A DNA stretch of 64,000 bases. Source: Eledone cirrhosa. Its lineage: Eukaryota. A model generated the notes under the pieces. The model ran no database searches. It had not been told where the DNA came from and saw nothing but the letters and a program-made list of their open reading frames with translations. This document shows, piece by piece, positions 59,868 to 64,000 of the stretch; position 1 is the stretch's first letter; every line of letters begins with the position of its first letter. The stretch lies in assembly GCA_964016885.1 (NCBI GenBank), contig OZ024749.1, positions 7,688,001-7,752,000 of the forward strand, written 5' to 3'. The position numbers and the translations under genes were made by a program.

Positions 59868-59910
<43 letters not shown>

Positions 59911-60323
59911 GTAATAATAATCAATTTGAAGACTAAAATCCAAAGAGGGCTCGATAAGGATAAATATATATCAAATATATAAGAACCATATAATGACGTA
60001 TTATCTTCGTTTTGTCCGTTCATTGCGAGAGAACGTCTCCATGAACCACCTAATAGAATATTAGTCTACGACTTCATTTATACCATGGTGTTGTCTTTGC
60101 GTGTAATTGTTTTCACCGCACCAAATTATGACGTATTATCTTTGTCTTTATCCTTTCATTGCCAGGGAACACGTTTGTATCGTCTTCCTGTCTTCCTTCA
60201 GTTTCAACGTTTTTCAAAATATTTACTTCTGCGTTCACAGATTGATTTTTTTAGTTTCAGAAGATCGAGTTAAGGGTGAAAGCAGCGATTCTTTGCTTAA
60301 ACTTTAATCTGTTATTTTAATAA

Positions 60324-60374
<51 letters not shown>

Positions 60375-60596
60375 GTCGTAATCAAAATATTCATTAATGA
60401 GGATCTATTTCCAAATATTTATGTTAATATCTGAAAGGTGCCACGAATGATAAAGAGAATGATGGCGGAGATTTGAAATGTTGCATCACACCGGATGTCG
60501 TGACGGTATTTAGCGTCATGTGTATATATATGTGACGGTATTTAGCGTCATATATATATGTGTGTTTGTGTGTGTGTGTGTGGCTGTGTTTGCGTG

Positions 60597-60635
<39 letters not shown>

Positions 60636-60974
60636 TTAGATAGATAGATAGATAATCGATAGATCGATAGAGATATAGTTAGATGAATATTTTCTAAAGT
60701 GAAACAACTTTGAGTGGCTGGCGTTATTGTTTGACTTCTGCTTTCTGAGAGCCACAATAACTATATATACCCAGTGAAATGGAAATGACAGAGGATATAT
60801 CTATATGGAATATTGATATCTATTTAATACGTACTCCATTATACACAACATCGCCAAATGTCGGTGAAAGAGAAGACAAGAAACGGCAATACTCTAACAG
60901 AAAACAAGACCAACAATATCAACATCAACACAATTGCAGTTAATAGAGAATTGAAGAATAATAAACGCGAAACA

Positions 60975-61135
60975 ATAGTTTTTTTTTTACTGTGGGCACA
61001 AGGCCAGCAATTTGAAAAGGGGGAAGTCGATTAAATCGACCCCAGTGTATTACTGGTGCTTCATTTATCGACCCCGTTAGGATGAGAGGCAACGTTAATC
61101 TCGATGTCCGACCCTCTACCGATAATGCCAATCTT
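60975..61135 (-). mobile_element. SINE S1, internally deleted
   Basis: GGCACAAGGCCAGCAATT..TTTATCGACCCCG..CCCTCTACCGATAATGCCAATC. Confidence 0.8.
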
Positions 61136-61532
61136 CCAATCTAGAAACTATAATGGCATCAGACAACACTAAAACTCAACAGACACAATAACAGCAACCA
61201 CAAGTATTTTTACTTATGGATCAAATCATTTATATAAATGGTTTGATGATCCAATTACCCTAATACATGTCTCCATGATTACCCAGAGACAGATCACATA
61301 TCTGAAGGAGTTTCTTTTATCTCTCTCTGAATGATTGCTTATCTGACTTTAATAGAAAGTGCTCCCAGTCCAAGTGGCGTCCATGGCACGTGTCATGTTT
61401 GTCATGTCCTAGTTATGGCCCTGCTAGTCTGGTAATCAGACCTGCTAACCTATAATCACCCAAACGGGGAATACCATGAAAAATAGTTCCCCAAATCAGG
61501 AAGAAATGAGGCAAAAATGGAGAGATTTTACA

Positions 61533-61601
61533 TAATTGTTTCTACTTTAGGCACAAGGCCAGCAATTACCCAGTGCATTACTGGTACTTTATTTTATCGA
61601 C
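61533..61601 (-). mobile_element. SINE S1 3' fragment
   Basis: AATTGTTTCTACTTTAGGCACAAGG..TTTTATCGAC. Confidence 0.8.
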
Positions 61602-63384
61602 GCTATAAGAGATTTTACATAATGAAAGCTATACCCAGTTTCACAAGAGAAGACATCTCTCACCCACCTCAAATACTATTACAAATCTCCTCGACGCACG
61701 GGGAGAGTTGACAGGTCTGTGTAAGTATCAAGTGGGTAAAGTTGAGCGAAGGTTTATGGATTATATTTGCTTGAGTTTGTGGATAGACTTTGGTTTGGCG
61801 TCGATATGTTTGTGTTTATAGCAGGACAATTATTTAGCTTAGATATATATATTATTATATATTATATAATACTAGCAGAAAAACCACCCCTCGGGTGGTT
61901 TTCTGCTAGCATGTGTAGTGTGTATATTGATATTATACGCAAGTATATATACATGTAGATATGATACGTCAAATAAAATCGTAATTGACAATATACACAG
62001 AAATTTAAGAGAGTCTGTTTTACACTATCGTATGTAATCAGTAACGTAATCGATGATACATTTAAAAAAAGACGATATTATATATAAACTCCATTAGGAG
62101 AAAATTAGTGACAGAAAAATAATATGTTTATTTAAGCGATCGCCACTGGATGTGTTGACATTTGAAGATTTTAAAGAAGTGAATCTTTAAATAAATAATA
62201 AAATATATTTAATGAACAGCCACGAAGTTTAGTAGATACATTATGTAATATTCATTCATTATTTATTCAAAGTAATCGAACTTATTCTACTAATGGGATA
62301 AACAATTATAAACCGTACGCAGTCCCGCGCTTCTTACTTCATTATAGTTTAGATATGTACGACTGTTTTAACAATTGTGTTACCACTCTCTTGGATAGAG
62401 TGAAAGAATTATATTCGAGAATTAGAAAAAAAGTTCATCAGTTATTGACATCTGTTCAATCAATCATGTGACAATGGTCTGAATCCATTTGCATATAATC
62501 TAATCTAATTGATTATAAAAATGAAAATGAACAGTGTAAAACCATTCACACGTAAACTTCAATTTTTATGATCTGAATGAAGCCTTTCTTAATGCCTTCG
62601 TCCTTCGCAAAATGAATAAATGCTTGGTAATGTTTTTTTTTAGAATTATTTTTAATTTAAATTATTTTTCAAATTTCCACAATTAATGTTTGTCTCTGAT
62701 AACTCCAATGTTCTTCTCAAATTCCATATCACTGAATTATATTTTATAGTGTGTTATAATCATGCTTCGTGTTAAATCTAACCAAGTGAGAATGGCTGTA
62801 CGGATATTAGTTGAAAATTCAATTAGTTTGTAGCCTCTTAAAAATACAACTTGCTCCGTGACTGATTGGCCCGTGCGATTTCGAATACAGCCCGGAGCTC
62901 AGTCATTTCATTCCTACCCACTCTACTAATACATATTTGTAAAAGAAAATCAAATATTTGTCAGTTAATGTCCTTTTCATGTCCTGTTTGGTAGCGTCCA
63001 AATGACTGCCTGATTAATGGACTTGCGTCAGAGGTTCTAAAATTGGACGCTACAACCCTCGCGGGGGCGTTGATAAGGTTTAGGGGGTGGTGGAGATGAT
63101 ATAATAGTATATTAAATATCAAATGATACATATATAAAAATATAGAATAAGGAAATACAAAGTAGTTTAGATGTTAAAGTCCTTTATTGATAAGGCTGTG
63201 ATACATATTTCGATGATGATAGTGGCCACGTGATTTTGCGTAGTACCCAGTGCCATGATCTCATCAGACAGCTTCTTACATAGTAAGGTTACAATCCCTT
63301 CGAGAAATGGCATTCGCTTCAAGAACATTGTGTTTGTCCGTTCCATTGTCACTTCAATTTATGATTACCTCCTGATTGCAAATT

Positions 63385-63450
63385 GTTGTTTCCTTGAGCA
63401 AGACACTTTATTTCACGTTGCTCCAGTTTACTCAGCTGTAGAAATGAGAT
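63385..63450 (+). mobile_element. SINE S2 core fragment
   Basis: TCCTTGAGCAAGACACTTTATTTCACGTTGCTCC. Confidence 0.7.
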
Positions 63451-64000
63451 GATAAGACTGGAGTCCCTATCATTAAATCACCCAAGACACCTCCAGCGAG
63501 ATATACATTGGAGGAGGCCAGTTAAACCTGCATTAGGTAGGTCTCTCTGGAAATAGAACTGGAATGTTGTAGGTATTACGTGTCCTTGAAGTGGGGCGGT
63601 GGCCCCAAATGTTTGAGAACCTCTGATTTACGTGATTATGTGTTGTGTGTTTAATGTTATTGCAGTCACATCTTTTAGGGCTCAGAGAAAAATCCTTTAT
63701 TTTACATAGATCACTTTGTTGGAAATTTGAAAAGTTTATATATGATAGAACACCTTATCCAGGAGATGAATGATATCGCATTCAATTTACTCAAAATAAA
63801 TCGCATCATTATCAGTAAAATATCTTGCATTTCCTTGCAATGTAGGACATCATAATATTTGACTCAAAATGGCATTTTCTATTCACAGCTTTATACGTTT
63901 ATAATTAAATTACCGACATCAACAACGCATTCATCATATTTGTGTTGATAAAATAGCGACCGAGTTCAGTGTCTTTATAGCCATAACTGTGCTGAATGCT

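Noticed and set aside
63167-63452. Short ORFs near the window end, and 13882-14112
   Set aside because: No recognisable motifs; one runs into a SINE.

Overview
Very AT-rich animal non-coding DNA with no recognisable host gene. The SINE repertoire and heavy (TA)n/(CA)n load fit an octopod cephalopod, but that is an inference. Almost all ORFs in the track are microsatellite or minisatellite translations. The only real coding remnants are retroelements: three Penelope-like element (PLE) pieces (RT plus GIY-YIG at 21.1-22.9 kb; GIY-YIG at 27.8-28.3 kb and 38.1-38.4 kb), a Vingi/Ingi-like LINE 3' end and an Expander/RTE 3' end. The window also has two tRNA-SINE families, five minisatellites and a few TIR elements. 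The main hidden signal is a dense population of short non-coding elements sitting in (TA)n tracts. About a dozen sequence families carry a type I hammerhead ribozyme (HHR) motif: stem I-CUGANGA-stem II-GAAA-palindrome-UH-stem I. Many copies are head-to-head fold-backs with one tailed and one tail-less arm, and two families form HHR-to-HHR tandems of 310 and 429 nt. Three families keep the same loop 2 (UAACAA) although their stems differ completely, and two use a compensated U3-A8 core. I read this as a PLE-driven, (TA)n-associated pLTR/retrozyme system. All ribozyme calls are by-eye folds; no activity is shown. Family letters are my own labels.
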